A stretch of 63,853 nt of DNA, the filler included, from Reticulomyxa filosa (Eukaryota > Protista > Foraminifera): NCBI GenBank assembly GCA_000512085.1. It is 16 parts of 16 records of this genome, joined end to end, with 100 filler letters (N's around TTAATTAATTAA, not from the genome) between each part and the next. Parts side by side here need not be neighbours in the genome. Positions count along the whole stretch, not along the records: positions 3,186 to 21,005 come from ASPP01008587.1; positions 21,106 to 23,891 come from ASPP01014097.1; positions 23,992 to 25,527 come from ASPP01028807.1; positions 25,628 to 28,300 come from ASPP01005943.1; 12 more parts are not named here. One strand, given 5' to 3'. Position numbers and translations under genes: made by a program. Within the stretch, counting starts at the first letter, position 1. Each line of letters starts with the position of its first letter. The notes under the pieces were generated by a model. That model searched no databases and had not been told where the DNA came from. It was given only the letters and a program-made list of their open reading frames with translations. Below, piece by piece: positions 13,701-26,189 of the stretch.

Positions 13701-16700
13701 CCCTTCGGTATGGGTTATATCAATGTATATGTACAGAGAGTCACGATAATACAAGTCGTCCGTGGTAGTGAAATTTCGATCAAGGCCCCACACGTACATT
13801 CCTGCACCTGCCCGGTTTTGTCGTAATTCGATATACACATTTTGCACGGTGTTGTTTGATGCGTCGACAATTGCATCTTCACATGAGGATGCTCCATGAC
13901 ACAGTATGGTACAATATGGCGTGTTACACACCAGAAGCGCCCCAAAGCATTTATAGCGACCATGACATTTGATGGTGTTACTAGGATACATACTGCTATA
14001 ATACACCATTTGAACTGGAGGCGTGTATTCGCCACATCGTCCTGCGCAGTCGAAGCCGAGTTGATTTCCAAGATCTGGGGTCAGCATACAGCTACTTTGG
14101 AATGATCGCGTGCAATACAGCGTCGCATTGGTGCACGCAAAGGGTGGTGGATAGAACTGACTCGAGGACATCTCTTCCCAACAATTGAATCGCACATCGT
14201 TTAATCCTTGTTCCGCATACACTTTCATGGCATAGCACGCCGGATCCTTGGTTAGACTGTCGTCTGTAAAGCATTGGATGTCCAAGGACTGCAAGCCATT
14301 TTCGGTGGCCGTGTCATTCACGATCGGTGCATAGATTGTGGTCTGTCCGCACGACTGGTTATATGGCCGCATTCGATATTGGCGCGAAAAGCGTAGTCCA
14401 AAGCCCACATGCCTTTGGCACAGGCGTGACGATTATTACACGAGATAAATATAGTGGTGTCGTTGTAATCCTCAAACGTTTCGATCACAGACTCGGCACA
14501 CGCTTCCGGAGTGTTGCAATACATTTCCAACGACGACATTGGAGCATAGATTGTGGTCCTGTGATAAGTTTTGATTTTGCGATAACTGAACATTTGCAGT
14601 CGCTCGACGTGGCCTGCGGAAATGACTGCACGTTGAAATGCGGCTGTGGAAAATCCGTGCAATGTGATGGCGGCGATATGTTCGTTTGCCATAATGCGAA
14701 CCTTCTTTGCATCGGACGAGGTGGACTCCACAAATGAATTGATGCCGCTAATGATGATACACTCATCCTGACAATATCTACAATTCGAGTGACAATGGAT
14801 TCGTTTTCTTCGGTATTTGTTGGGATAATCCGTGATGAAGTAATTCAAGTTGTTAATTGGTGGGATATACGTAGTGTTATACGTGCACAAAGAGCAATCG
14901 TATCCTTGCATTCCACTATCGGACACGACCGTGCATGATGTGTTGAGTCCAAGTCCGCAATGGAACTTCAAGGCGTCGCACGTGCCAAAGCGTGGATCGC
15001 AAGAGAGATCCATTTCATCAATGCTTCCAATGTGGAAAATGGACATGCCTCGACAAGCAAATTCGGTTGAAGTACAATCTACGCTACATAACCATGGCTT
15101 TCTATCCAACAACGCAGACACTGGACAAAACACTGCCGCGTTCAAGCAGCTGTACGATGTGTCATTCTTTCCATCGCTGTCGGTGCAATTGACATACAAA
15201 CTGTCGGCATTGGAAGCCGCAAAACGGGCTAAGGCACACGAGTAACTATCTTTGCAATAGATCGAGGCGGACGAATTATGTCCCACAAAGATCTCACCAT
15301 TCATAAATGATTCACTGGTCTGTGCATTCACATAAATGGACAAGGGCGTATATCGAAGTACGTACGAATCCGCAAAGTCCAGGTCGTATCCCATTACTTG
15401 CAAAAAGGCTCCACTGCGATAGCCATTCAGCCACACGGACATTGTTTGCGTATACTGATACGACACATCCAATTCCGCTCCTTCACATGCGCTTCTTCCT
15501 TGACAGGTCAAATCGCATCGCAGCGACTGACACACCAGCAAGTTGCGCAGACACGCAAAGTCGCCGGTGCAATTGAATCGACAAGTGCCAGTCTCATCGG
15601 CATTGTTGCACACTTGCATTGCTCGGAACGTAGGCGCGGGCGTAGGATGATATGTGGGCGCGCGACTTGGAGTTCGGGTGGGCGAAAAGGTCGGTGCATT
15701 GGTCGGGGAAATGGTCGGAGAACGAGTTGGGGCATTTGTCGGCGGAGTGGGGAATTGCGTTGGAACACGAGAAGGTGTTCTGGATGGAGAGAAGGACGGG
15801 GACGACGTTGGGGCAAACTGTCGATACAATGAAGTCGAGTAATTCGTGCAAAGTTGGGAATCGCAGTCATAGCCAAGGGTTGATATGTTGTCCGCTTGCA
15901 ATATGCATCCAAATTCAAACAAAGGAGTGCAATAGAAATTCAAATCGGTACAGGCAAAGCCAGATAAGGACGATCTTGCATTGGAGCCGTCTTCTGTTGT
16001 CCAACAGGAAATTTGAATATCTTGTGTGCCTCTCGTGGCGTAGACACTGGCATTGTAACACGAGGGAATGCTTAGCGAAGAATTGCTGAAGCAGGTGATA
16101 TTGTTCGGAATTACTCCAACAAGAGCTTGTGTTTGATTCAATTCCGGAATGTAGAGTCGCAGTTTGGAACAGGCGGCTTCATGCGAATGACACTCGACAT
16201 GCACCGAGCCGGTTGTCTCTTTGAAGTTCCATAGTGTATTTTCACAAGCGTATTCATTGCCACACGAAATCCATATGTCCAAGTTGCTATCGACGTGTTG
16301 GCTGCTCTTGCTTTCGATCAACGAACCCAGGCACGAGCCAGGCGTATCGCAATGCATGGTCAATTTCTTGTAGGGCGCAAACAAGGTCATACTACGAAAG
16401 GTCGCAGATTTGTGATAGCTAAACAACGACAGCTCCTCCACCATCGTGGCATCAATAATGACTGACGTAAATACGCCTCTGGAATGTCCGTAGAGAAACA
16501 TGCGCTTCATGGCATTCGAATAAATTATGGCCCCTCTTCCGTCCGGCGTTGGTTTTTGTATGTCATTGGTCGTCCCTGCGATAATATAGCATTCATTACC
16601 TCCCCATGCATTGTCACATGAAATGTTTTTAAACCCATATTTGTGGGCATACTCTGCAATGAAATAGTTCTCATTGGTCACATTTGGCAGACTACTGGTC

Positions 16701-18836
16701 CAGTCCAGATTACATGCGTCACACACATATGTATTCGATCTGAGCGACATCTTGCAGCTCGTTTCCAAACCTTTGCCACAGAATATTGTTATGCCATTGC
16801 AACTTTGTGTGATTTCGTCGCATGCCAAATCCATCGCGTTCAATCCACCGGCGTGGAACACTGTCGTACTCAAACAATTTTCTCCATTGGTCCCACAGTC
16901 AATCAGACATCTCTCTGGCAAAGACAACAACCAGGCGTTAACAGGACAGTAGATCACACTTTGCGCACATGAAAAGGCTTCCAATTGTCCTGCACTCTCC
17001 GGCAGCGCGTCACAAGCAACTTGCAACGATTCGGCGTTTGATGTATACAAATTGCTCAGCAAACACGCATCCGAGGCATTGCAACTCAATGAAACGTCTG
17101 TGAAAAATGAAGCATAAATTTCACCATCCATAAATCCTTGGCTGTCCCTTACTGTCACCAATATTGACATGCTTGTGTTTCTCGCTTCCACGACGGATGC
17201 AGTGCTTGCAAAATTTATATCATAGCCCAACACTTCAAAAACGCACCGCTTCTTTCACCAATCAACATCACCTCAATTGATTCTATCTTTGGATCACTTG
17301 CGTCCAACACGGCCCTCTCACAAGCACTTTGTCCTTCGCAAGTTAAAACACAGTTTGCACTCTGGCATACAAGCCGTTTATTGAAGCAACTGATTTTTTT
17401 ATTTTTTTTTTATGCAAACTTTTTTGTCAAGCCTTCATGACCCCAAAAAAAAAGAAAGGCCTCTCAAAAAACGTACTCCTGCCTTCTTTCAATTTGAGAA
17501 AAACAAAGAGTTCAAAAAAAATCATAATTATAATTATAATTTTGACTATGACTATCAAAAAAAAAAAAAAAACCTGTAATCTCCACTGCAAGGGAAGTAA
17601 CAAGGGTCTGGTGTTGAGCATGTTATGTTATTGCCAGTGTCCAATAAACGACGATTGTGGACCCTTTCAACTGTTCGTTTTTTTTATTCACAGACAGTTT
17701 TTTTTTTTTGTAGTTTATTCGTTTATTTCATTAACTCCTCTTTTGATCTTTCCCCCCTTTTTCCTTATTACAAGCAACCCAATTTAAGTTAAGTTTAATC
17801 TAAAACAAAACCCCCCAAAAAAAAATCTTTTTTCCCCCTTTATGTTTTTGAACGTTCTTGTAACAGTATACCTTGATCTTCAGAGACGTCGTCAAAAATA
17901 TTCTCACATGCATCACAGCTCCAATCATTTGTGTCAAGATTATTTTTAAATAAACATTGTGTTGCAAAGTGTTCCCCACATTTCTATTATTACAAAAAAA
18001 AAAAAATCTATGAAAAAAAAAGAAATGCACACATACATACTTAAAATACAAACCATTGATACTCCTTGACAGCCATTAGTTCCTTGACAAACAATATTTG
18101 CGCCTGACAGTCCTTTTTTGTTCCACACAACAAGATCCTATCAGCAGTTGCGAAGAGCGACATTGGCACACGTATACACAACAAAAAAAAATGAGCAAAA
18201 TTTCTTTTGAATGCGTGCGAAGATCCGCACATACGTAAAAAATATAAACGTTTAAAAAACTGCATACATAAATTATCACAAACTTAAAAAAAAAAAAAAG
18301 GACAAAACTTGGCAAACACCTTCACGGTCCTGACAAGTAACAGTACAATCATTGTCGTACGAAGGACAATAGATTTCAGTGCCTGTGCAGGCATCAACAT
18401 TATTGCATTGCATCCGCAGACTGTCTGCTTTTTTGGCTTCGATTTCAGCGTCTTTGCAACTTGTTTCTGCAGTACATACAACTTGAACACGGTCGTTTTT
18501 ACTGGCACTAATGAATAGATTGTTTGCTGCGTTTGAATTGTTACTGAGGATTATAATGTCGCGGGGTAATGCTGCGCCAATTGACCGGATACTCAAGTCC
18601 ATACCACTCCATTCGCCGTTCAACACTACTTTCACTTCTTTCGCCTCGCGATTGGCAATGCGGTAATTCACTCCTTCACAACTTCTCTCTGCTTCACAAA
18701 TCAACTCGCAACTTTGGCCACTGTTGCAAGTTAATAATTTATCTTTACATTCGCCTGGAGTTTTGCAATTAATCACCTCTCCATGCGTTATTGTTAACGC
18801 CCACAGGGAGGTTAAAACGAGCGTTAAAAGGAACAT
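4711..18836 (-). CDS. Giant polycystin-1/REJ-like membrane receptor (~4,470 aa): signal peptide, Cys-rich repeats, REJ, GAIN/GPS, 5 TM
   Basis: Phase-consistent exons 18836-18309, 18137-18054, 17983-17872, 17670-17574, 17389-5090, 4992-4711. Three frame breaks inside the long exon (~17238, ~14366, ~9225). REJ motif NAPPQNGSCSISPTQGQALDTVFTLYC..WRD; GPS CVFYNTTTNEWDGYGC..CVCNHTTPFS; PKD1-like HMVIGLFFR..YRRQARL..NGLFYG and RWLMSIFIGFLLSLFVWQPL. Confidence 0.85.
8880..17389 (-). repeat. Five tandem ~530-560 aa Cys-rich protein repeats, most separated by APTxxPT mucin-like linkers
   Basis: Each unit starts C..G...C....L.C....C.(L/V).C.G..(A/S)C and ends FYC.P.(F/Y)E..C...G(F/Y).C....C. Approximate units: 17389-15830, 15620-14010, 13990-12320, 12260-10600, 10550-8880. 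A shorter unit is encoded by exons 1-3. Confidence 0.85.
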
Positions 18837-21105
18837 CACTTTGGACAGGGATGATCCCTTTCTTTTGCTTTGAAATGGTTGTTTGCGCTAAAAAAAAAAG
18901 GTATTAAAAAGTCTGTTTGAAAACTTAGCTTTTAAAAAAAACAGACCAAATCATTTATTATAGTATCGATTACTATGTCGTAATCAAAACTAAATGGAGA
19001 CAAGTGTATTATAGAACGATATAATGCAAAGTTAATTATCACTTTACAAAAAACAGTCTTTCATGAATTTGTCAGTCCCTACAAAAATTAACATGATTTG
19101 ATGAGCATCATTTTACACTTTTTTCACTTGTTAGTGGTCACGTTTTACGCTTGCCATCCTTCGTCTTTTGTCAATATCTGGTCTGTCCTTTTTATATATC
19201 ATATCAAATGCCAATGTTTCTGTTTTGGCTCTTGACTGTTCCTGTTTCACAGACGGACATTCTCTTGTTGCTTTACAAATCAATGAACAATGGCAAATCG
19301 AGGAACACAAACCAGAGTTTTTTTTTATGCAAATTTTGATTAAGAAGTTTTTTGTAATAAAGTTTTCAATTAACATATTCAGACGTGCCGAAATCTTAAT
19401 GTGCAAAAAAAAGGTGGGTTGCATCAAAAGAATACATACCAATTTACTAAAAAGCGAATATTCATTAAACGTAAGCAAACAAAAGATTTGACACCACCTT
19501 TAAACCACGAAGCCAATATCAAGGCAACGTGAATGTTTTAATTGAACAAATGGCTTACATTAGTAGCAAATTTTCAATAACGAAACGGTTGTTGGGTGCA
19601 CTTATTTGACGTACACATATTTGCACCGAATTTACTTTAAGCATGCCTTTTTTTTGGGAATAGAGATAATATAAAATAACATACAAAAAAAGTTTTGAAT
19701 GTGAATAAGTTAAATTAAATAATCTAAACTTTACAAGTGTATACAGACTTTCAATTTTATTTTGCTTTCACTGGTTTGACTTGGGACAAAAATGTAATAT
19801 TGCAACTCGCTTGTGGTTTTCTCTTGTTGCATATGAAACATTTAGCAATCCATATACAACGGCCATGTGCAAATTCTAAATGTAAAAAAATGAAAACAAG
19901 TTAAAAAGTGAGGAAATGCGCGACCTGTAAAGAGAAGTTTGCACTGAACTGACAACTTCCTTCTTCCAAACACTTCTTTACTTCTTGTCTCATTTTTGCG
20001 TTTTTTGTTTACAATTTATTAATTTACTCTCTTTTAAAAGAAATATCAAAAGTACATACTTTCGTATTTGCCACACACCGAGTATATGAATTTGTCATTA
20101 GTGCAAACACCAGATTTTAATACGATTTCTAAAAAATTCGCCTTTATTTTCAAAATGTGCTGCTCTTACTTTTCCTTTATACAAATTCAGACAAAAAAAT
20201 TATTTGTGAAACGTACCACTGATACATTTCAGTCTGTAAATATTTTTTTAAAATTTTTGATATTGTAAATTGAGATTTACTACCAATGTGGTATGTTCTA
20301 AATAGGAACTACCAAAAGCAAATAACTGCCAAAAAGAAATTTAAGAATCGGTTCATGATGTTAAAATTCAGTGTTGGCTTTTCTTTAGAGTTTCTCCTTT
20401 TTGTGTAGTAGTTAATTATTACGATGAGCTATATGAAGCAAAACAACATTGTCGTTTAGTCTCAATATGAAGAACCGCCTTATTTTTTAAAAGAACTTGA
20501 GTTTGTGAGTTCTTTCTGGTTTTTTTCGAGTGTCATTTAGTTTTTTTACGAATAAAATGATAGAAGTGTGAGTTTTCCTGCTGCTGAAAGAGGTGCGCAA
20601 ACTGTAATACGAAAGGTTTTTCGCTCTTTTGAGCAATTTAAAACAGAATAGTAATAATTTAAATAAAAGAGAAAATAAACAACAAGATTCAACAAGTGCG
20701 ACAATGTGATAGACTTTGTGATTGGACACATTGTATGCAGAGGTACTTGTTTAGTTTGGTCTCACTAATTTTGAACTTTTGTCAGTTGATTATACAGTAG
20801 GTTGCAAAGAAAACTGAAAGCATAAAACATATCATGATGATAATTGATTTTCTCAATGAAAAATCAACATTTGGACCTAATTTTTTTTAAAAAATATCTA
20901 CAAGTCTTGTAGTTTTTAAATATGATATTGATTTTTAATAAGTATTTTTTTTTGTTGGATGAAATCAACATTCTTTCAAATAATTTTTGAAAATTCTGCG
21001 ATAATNNNNNNNNNNNNNNNNNNNNNNNNNNNNNNNNNNNNNNNNNNNNTTAATTAATTAANNNNNNNNNNNNNNNNNNNNNNNNNNNNNNNNNNNNNNN
21101 NNNNN

Positions 21106-23115
21106 GCTGTTCTCTACACCCAATTCAAACAACAATGCACTGGCTTCAAGCGAGCTTCTGTTTTCATGGTGCGAAGAAGAAGAAGAAGAAGAAGAAGAGA
21201 TGGCCGGTTGTGTAGATGCACTCTCGTTGGCATGCTTCGAGCTCGGATTTTGGCCATTGTCTTGGCCACCATCCTTGTGACGGACAGCGCCGTCTGCATC
21301 CTCGTTGTCGTTGCCTCCACTGCCACTGTGGACAGGATCGTGGCTTGCATCATCGGACGGCAACGAGCGATCAGTACTGCCCAGTTGCTCGCTCCATGTC
21401 TGCTCAATTGATGTGACCGACCGCTTGTGTCTAGCCACATTGCGGTGAATCTGCTCCAATTTCGTGTGCAATGGACTGCCATTGCCAATCGTTTCCAACA
21501 GTCGCGCCAAGTCATTTTCCGCTTTGGTCATCTTCGCTATCGTGCTTCGCAATTCGTATTGGATGTCTACTAAGTAGTTGTGACTCTGAATGGGGTTGAA
21601 CAGGCACACAATGTGTTTTTTTTTATTTGTCGAATGACACATATACATATATACATATATACATATATATATATATATGTATGTATATATATGCAAAAAA
21701 AAAAAAAATGGAATAGATTTTTAAAAAACTCGATTGGACGAAATTTCCGATTGGACATTGGAAGAAGTATTATTTTGTCGGGTGAGCTCGTCGATAATTT
21801 TTTGTTGGGCATTGAATTTGCTTTGCCACTCCAACTGTTGCTTGGAAAACAGCTGGTTTTGCTGAAGGAGATGCGAGTGCAATTCTTCCATTTGTTTTTT
21901 TTGCTCTGTAATCTTCTCCATTATTTCCAGCTTCTTTTGTCGTTTCCGCTCTTCTGACATGCTTTTTGTTTTGTCTACGTCATTACCAATGCTATTGTCA
22001 TTGCCATTGCTATTGTCATTGCCATTGCTATTGCTATTGCTATTGCCATTGCGATGGCTTTGCTTGGACATTGCCATTGCGTTGTTGTCTTTGTGTCTGT
22101 GGGGGTCCATGACCACGTTTTCTGATCTCGTGGTTTCATTTTGCCCTCTTTTTTCTTCTTTTCGCGCTTTGGCTCCTCTCGTAAGCGCTCACTCTTTCGT
22201 TTTTTCAGATCTCTTTTTTTTTTTTTTTTTCAAAATTGTCATTTGCAATATCGATTTGACAATAGATGTTTATATATTTATTTTGATATATACACACATA
22301 TGCATACATTTATACATTTATACATTTACATATAAATGTATGTACTCTTTTTTATCCTCTCCTCTAAACGCAATGATTTCAGGAATGGAAACCAATACAC
22401 GCGAGTCATGGTCGGATGGGTTTGGCGTGAGACTGCTGTGATGGGAAGGATTGACGTACAAGCGGTTGGTGGCATGGATTTGAATAACATGTGGAGAGAA
22501 CGGGGTCATCGGTGACGCAATGTCCAAAGGAGATGTGCCCACTTGGCCATCGCTAAATCTCGTAGCCGGTGTATTGTCCGTCGCGTCATTCGCTTTTTCG
22601 TTGAAATTGAGCGTTGATGTTACTTTCAATTTTTGCTTAGCGCTTGTGACCGCTTCGCGATCCACTTTTGACATGCAAAAGTCGTCCAAGCTTTTTTGCT
22701 TTTTTTTTTTGTTTCTATATTTGACATTGTATTATCCCACCCCCCCCCCTTTTTGTACTTAGACAACTTCAGACTACTCAACTTTTACAAGCAGTTGCTT
22801 GAATGAATGGAGACGTTTTGACTTACGACCTCCAGACGATGCTAAAAATGGACTTTCTATATATTTTATGCTGTCACGCTTTTCAGTCTCTTTTGGAACT
22901 GTCTGTTATATGTATTTTTTTTTTTTTTGTCAGTTGCTTGTTTACTCATTTTCCTCCCTTCGTCAGATCCTTCTACCTCCCTTCCCTTTTATCAAACGCA
23001 TCATCATATATTTTTTACTCTTTTCACCTACCACACTTAAACGAAATTCCAAACTTTTTAATTCTTCTTTAATTTTTTTTTCATCATCTTCATGGCCTCC
23101 GCTCATTTTCATCAT
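21106..23115 (-). CDS. Hypothetical multi-exon protein with coiled-coil and low-complexity segments, 3' truncated
   Basis: Coding-like exons at ~23115-23030, 22689-22345, ~22210-21740 (EERKRQKKLEIMEKITEQKKQMEEL.. coiled coil) and ~21590-21106, separated by AT/TA-repeat introns. Confidence 0.55.
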
Positions 23116-23355
23116 TTTTGGCTTTAAAGAAAAAGATAGAGTCCCCTTTGTAACTGAGCGTACATTGTAAAGGCTATCCCCCAAAAGTTTTAATGTTTCA
23201 AAAACTTTACAAATATTTTTTCTGTGCACTGGAGAAGTTTTCTACAATTACTTATGTGTTAAAACTTGACTAGTATTTTGAAAGTTATTAATTCTTTGGA
23301 GCGGATGTCCCGGTTGAAAAAAAAATTGATGAATCTAAAGTTGAAGTAAAGAATA

Positions 23356-23891
23356 ATGAACTTGCGATTTGTGGTTGGGCCCTTGCTTGAGTCCAAGCTG
23401 TATGCGTTTGTTTTTTGTGTGGCGAAGTGGTCTTGAAACAAATAAGCAAACACCACGTTAAAAAAAAAAAAAAATGTATTTGTACGAACTCGTGATTTTG
23501 AAAAAGAGGGCGTTATTTGGAAGGAGACCTGACGAACAACATAACGCTAACGAGGGCAGGTCTCGAATTTGAAGCAATAAATTTGAGATTGAAAGCAGGA
23601 GCATTGGACGAATTTGGTTTACCAGTAGCAGTAAGGAAAGGCTACCTAAAAAAATTGTACATCAAAATATCTTATGGTGGCTATGTTCAGGTCATTATAT
23701 ATATATTTTTTTTCCTTTCTACCCCCCCCCCCTCTTTTTTTTTATTTATAAAAAAGGGGGAAAGAAGAAATTGAGAAGGAGGAAAGCGGAGGATGCACTA
23801 TGATATGTTTTTACGCATCTCAGATCAAAAAAAAAAAAAGTGTCGTGGACAATGTCTGTTTGTTACAGATCGATGCAAATGGTCTATTTTT
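23356..23891 (+). CDS. VPS13/ATG2-type chorein_N domain protein, N-terminus only (3' truncated)
   Basis: Spliced product MNLRFVVGPLLESKL|GRYLEGDL..INLRLKAGALDEFGLPVAVRKGYLKKLYIKI..Q|IDANGLF matches the chorein_N consensus NL.LK..AL..L.LPV.V..G.L.KL.I.I. Confidence 0.75.
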
Positions 23892-23991
23892 NNNNNNNNN
23901 NNNNNNNNNNNNNNNNNNNNNNNNNNNNNNNNNNNTTAATTAATTAANNNNNNNNNNNNNNNNNNNNNNNNNNNNNNNNNNNNNNNNNNNN

Positions 23992-24270
23992 TTTTAATTG
24001 ATTTTATTCTTGCCCAACAATACATTAATTTCATTGGAATCGGCTTGTAAATGTGTCAGTTGTACAACGCAATGGCCATACAATTCAATAACATTAGGAT
24101 AAGAGCTGATGTATTTGTACCGATTTTTGATAGTGTGGTACGAGTAACAGTTACTAGTTTCAAAGCCTCCACAAAGAAGGATTTGGTCCTTGAATGAAAG
24201 ACATTGCAAAGCCTCCGAAGGCTTGGGTAATTCAGTAAAATTTTGAAAGGCATTGTTGACTGTTAGATGA
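23992..24270 (-). pseudogene. Kelch-repeat family fragment, frameshifted
   Basis: QCLSFKDQILLCGGFETSNCYSYHTIKNRYKYISSYPNVIELYGHCVVQL. The upstream PFK segment is in another frame. Confidence 0.65.
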
Positions 24271-26189
24271 ACTTTTTTTTGAAATGCCCTTTACAACTTT
24301 TTTTTTAGAAACTTAGCTATGAAAGGAAAAAAATTTTGTTATAACAAAGAAAAAGCTTCATTTTTTTTAAATGACATTTTCAAGTATCGAATTCATTAAA
24401 AAAATATCAACACAAAATTTCTCTTTCCTTTTGTACAAAATTGCCGTTTGTAAATTGTTATAATTTTTTTTAACTGCTTCGCGAATGCGCAACTCTAAAA
24501 AGTAAAAAAAAAACACATAATTTTTTTTAACAACAAAAAAATATATGCAACATCTATTATAAAATACTTTAAAATGTATGTCCTTGATAGACACTGAAAA
24601 TAATTGAGGTACCATCAATTTGTTAACATAGTTACCAATTCCAACAAAGAAGGCTTTTTTTTCTACACAAAAGAAATAACTACTTAGTACGATTTACAAG
24701 CTATTAGACATGAACTAACATCTTGCTCTTGTTTATAAAAGCAAAAAATGAAAACAACATTTTTTTTTCATGGGATCATCAAAAAAGCCAACTCGTTTTT
24801 GAACATCACGCTATTTCTAACTTTGAATATCAAGTGAATGATTATCACTAACCTCACAGTTGAGTAACAACAAGTTAATTTTAAAAAATTTAAATAACAT
24901 TCCTTTTTTTCATGTGTTATCTTTATTATTTTATGGATGTTAAAAACAAATTGATAATGTCATGATATTAAGAAGAAAAGCTTGAAACATGGAATTTTAG
25001 TATTAATAAACAGTGTGTATACGTAGTTATTCTTGAAATGATTTGGAGATTTAAACAATAATTACTATTATGGCTTCTAAACGATAACACAATCTAAAAC
25101 TCTTTTTGGAAATAAAATTGTCCAAGCTGTGCTTTGTCAGGATATCGTGAAAACTCGCTGTGTTTTTTTTTTTGAAACAATGAATAATTGAAACAAGGAC
25201 AAAGTAAGACGATAAATTATTTGCAATGAATAACTAACAACATATAAACAGCACTTTAATTGAAAATTTTGCATCACAATTGTTAGTACAACTTAGTCGA
25301 TTAAGATTGGAAAGTTTACTTTTATTTTAATTCAAAAAGATTATCAACTTATACATAATTTCGATGTTTTTATTGTTACGTTTTAATATTATTCAAAATT
25401 GTTGCTTTTGATGATATTTTTAGCATTCTAGTTATACTTTAACATGAAATTAATTATGTTTTCACTTCCTTCGCTATATTAAATTTGTCAGTTGTATAAA
25501 TTACATTTCATCGTGATATTAACACATNNNNNNNNNNNNNNNNNNNNNNNNNNNNNNNNNNNNNNNNNNNNTTAATTAATTAANNNNNNNNNNNNNNNNN
25601 NNNNNNNNNNNNNNNNNNNNNNNNNNNAAAAAATATACACTAGTGATATATTATGACTTTTTATATCGCGATATCGATATCTAATAAAGTTTGAAATGTT
25701 GAATCTAAAAGTAGAAATCGGTGGAAATACGTCCGTGAAATCGAGAAGTTCGGCATTTCCGAAATGAGTTATACAGGGCGTGCAAACTTGTTTGTAATGG
25801 ACTTTACGGTTATAACCAAAGAAGTGATACTTTTCTTTTTTTTTTAAATTTATTGACTTGCTCGGAAAAATAATAGACTGAGCTATTCAAGCGAATAAAG
25901 AAAAGGATGAAATTTACAATGTATTTACTGCTAAGATTATCTTAAAAAGAGAGCTAGAATGAAAATGGTAATATTTCTTTAAAAAAAGTTTAACTGAACA
26001 ATGTAGCGTCAAAACGGACTTGATTTTTGGTCAAAATTTAATTTTGTTTGCTTTACTTTGAGTCAATAAACATATGAACACAAATCAGGACAAGAAATTT
26101 AAATAAATACAACAAAATATTTTTCCTAATTTTGAATTATTTTTATTACTTTTTTGTTTTGTTTTTTTAATTGCTTTTTTTCTCTCTGG

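Noticed and set aside
5201-16972. Numerous plus-strand ORFs over the giant gene
   Set aside because: Antisense shadows of a GC-richer coding exon; no recognisable domains.
17230-17245. Programmed -1 ribosomal frameshift
   Set aside because: No X XXY YYZ heptamer and no motif shared among the three sites; base-call deletion is simpler.
25772-25795. TA-CAGGGCGTGCAAAC as a transposon end
   Set aside because: No partner inverted repeat or transposase remnant seen.
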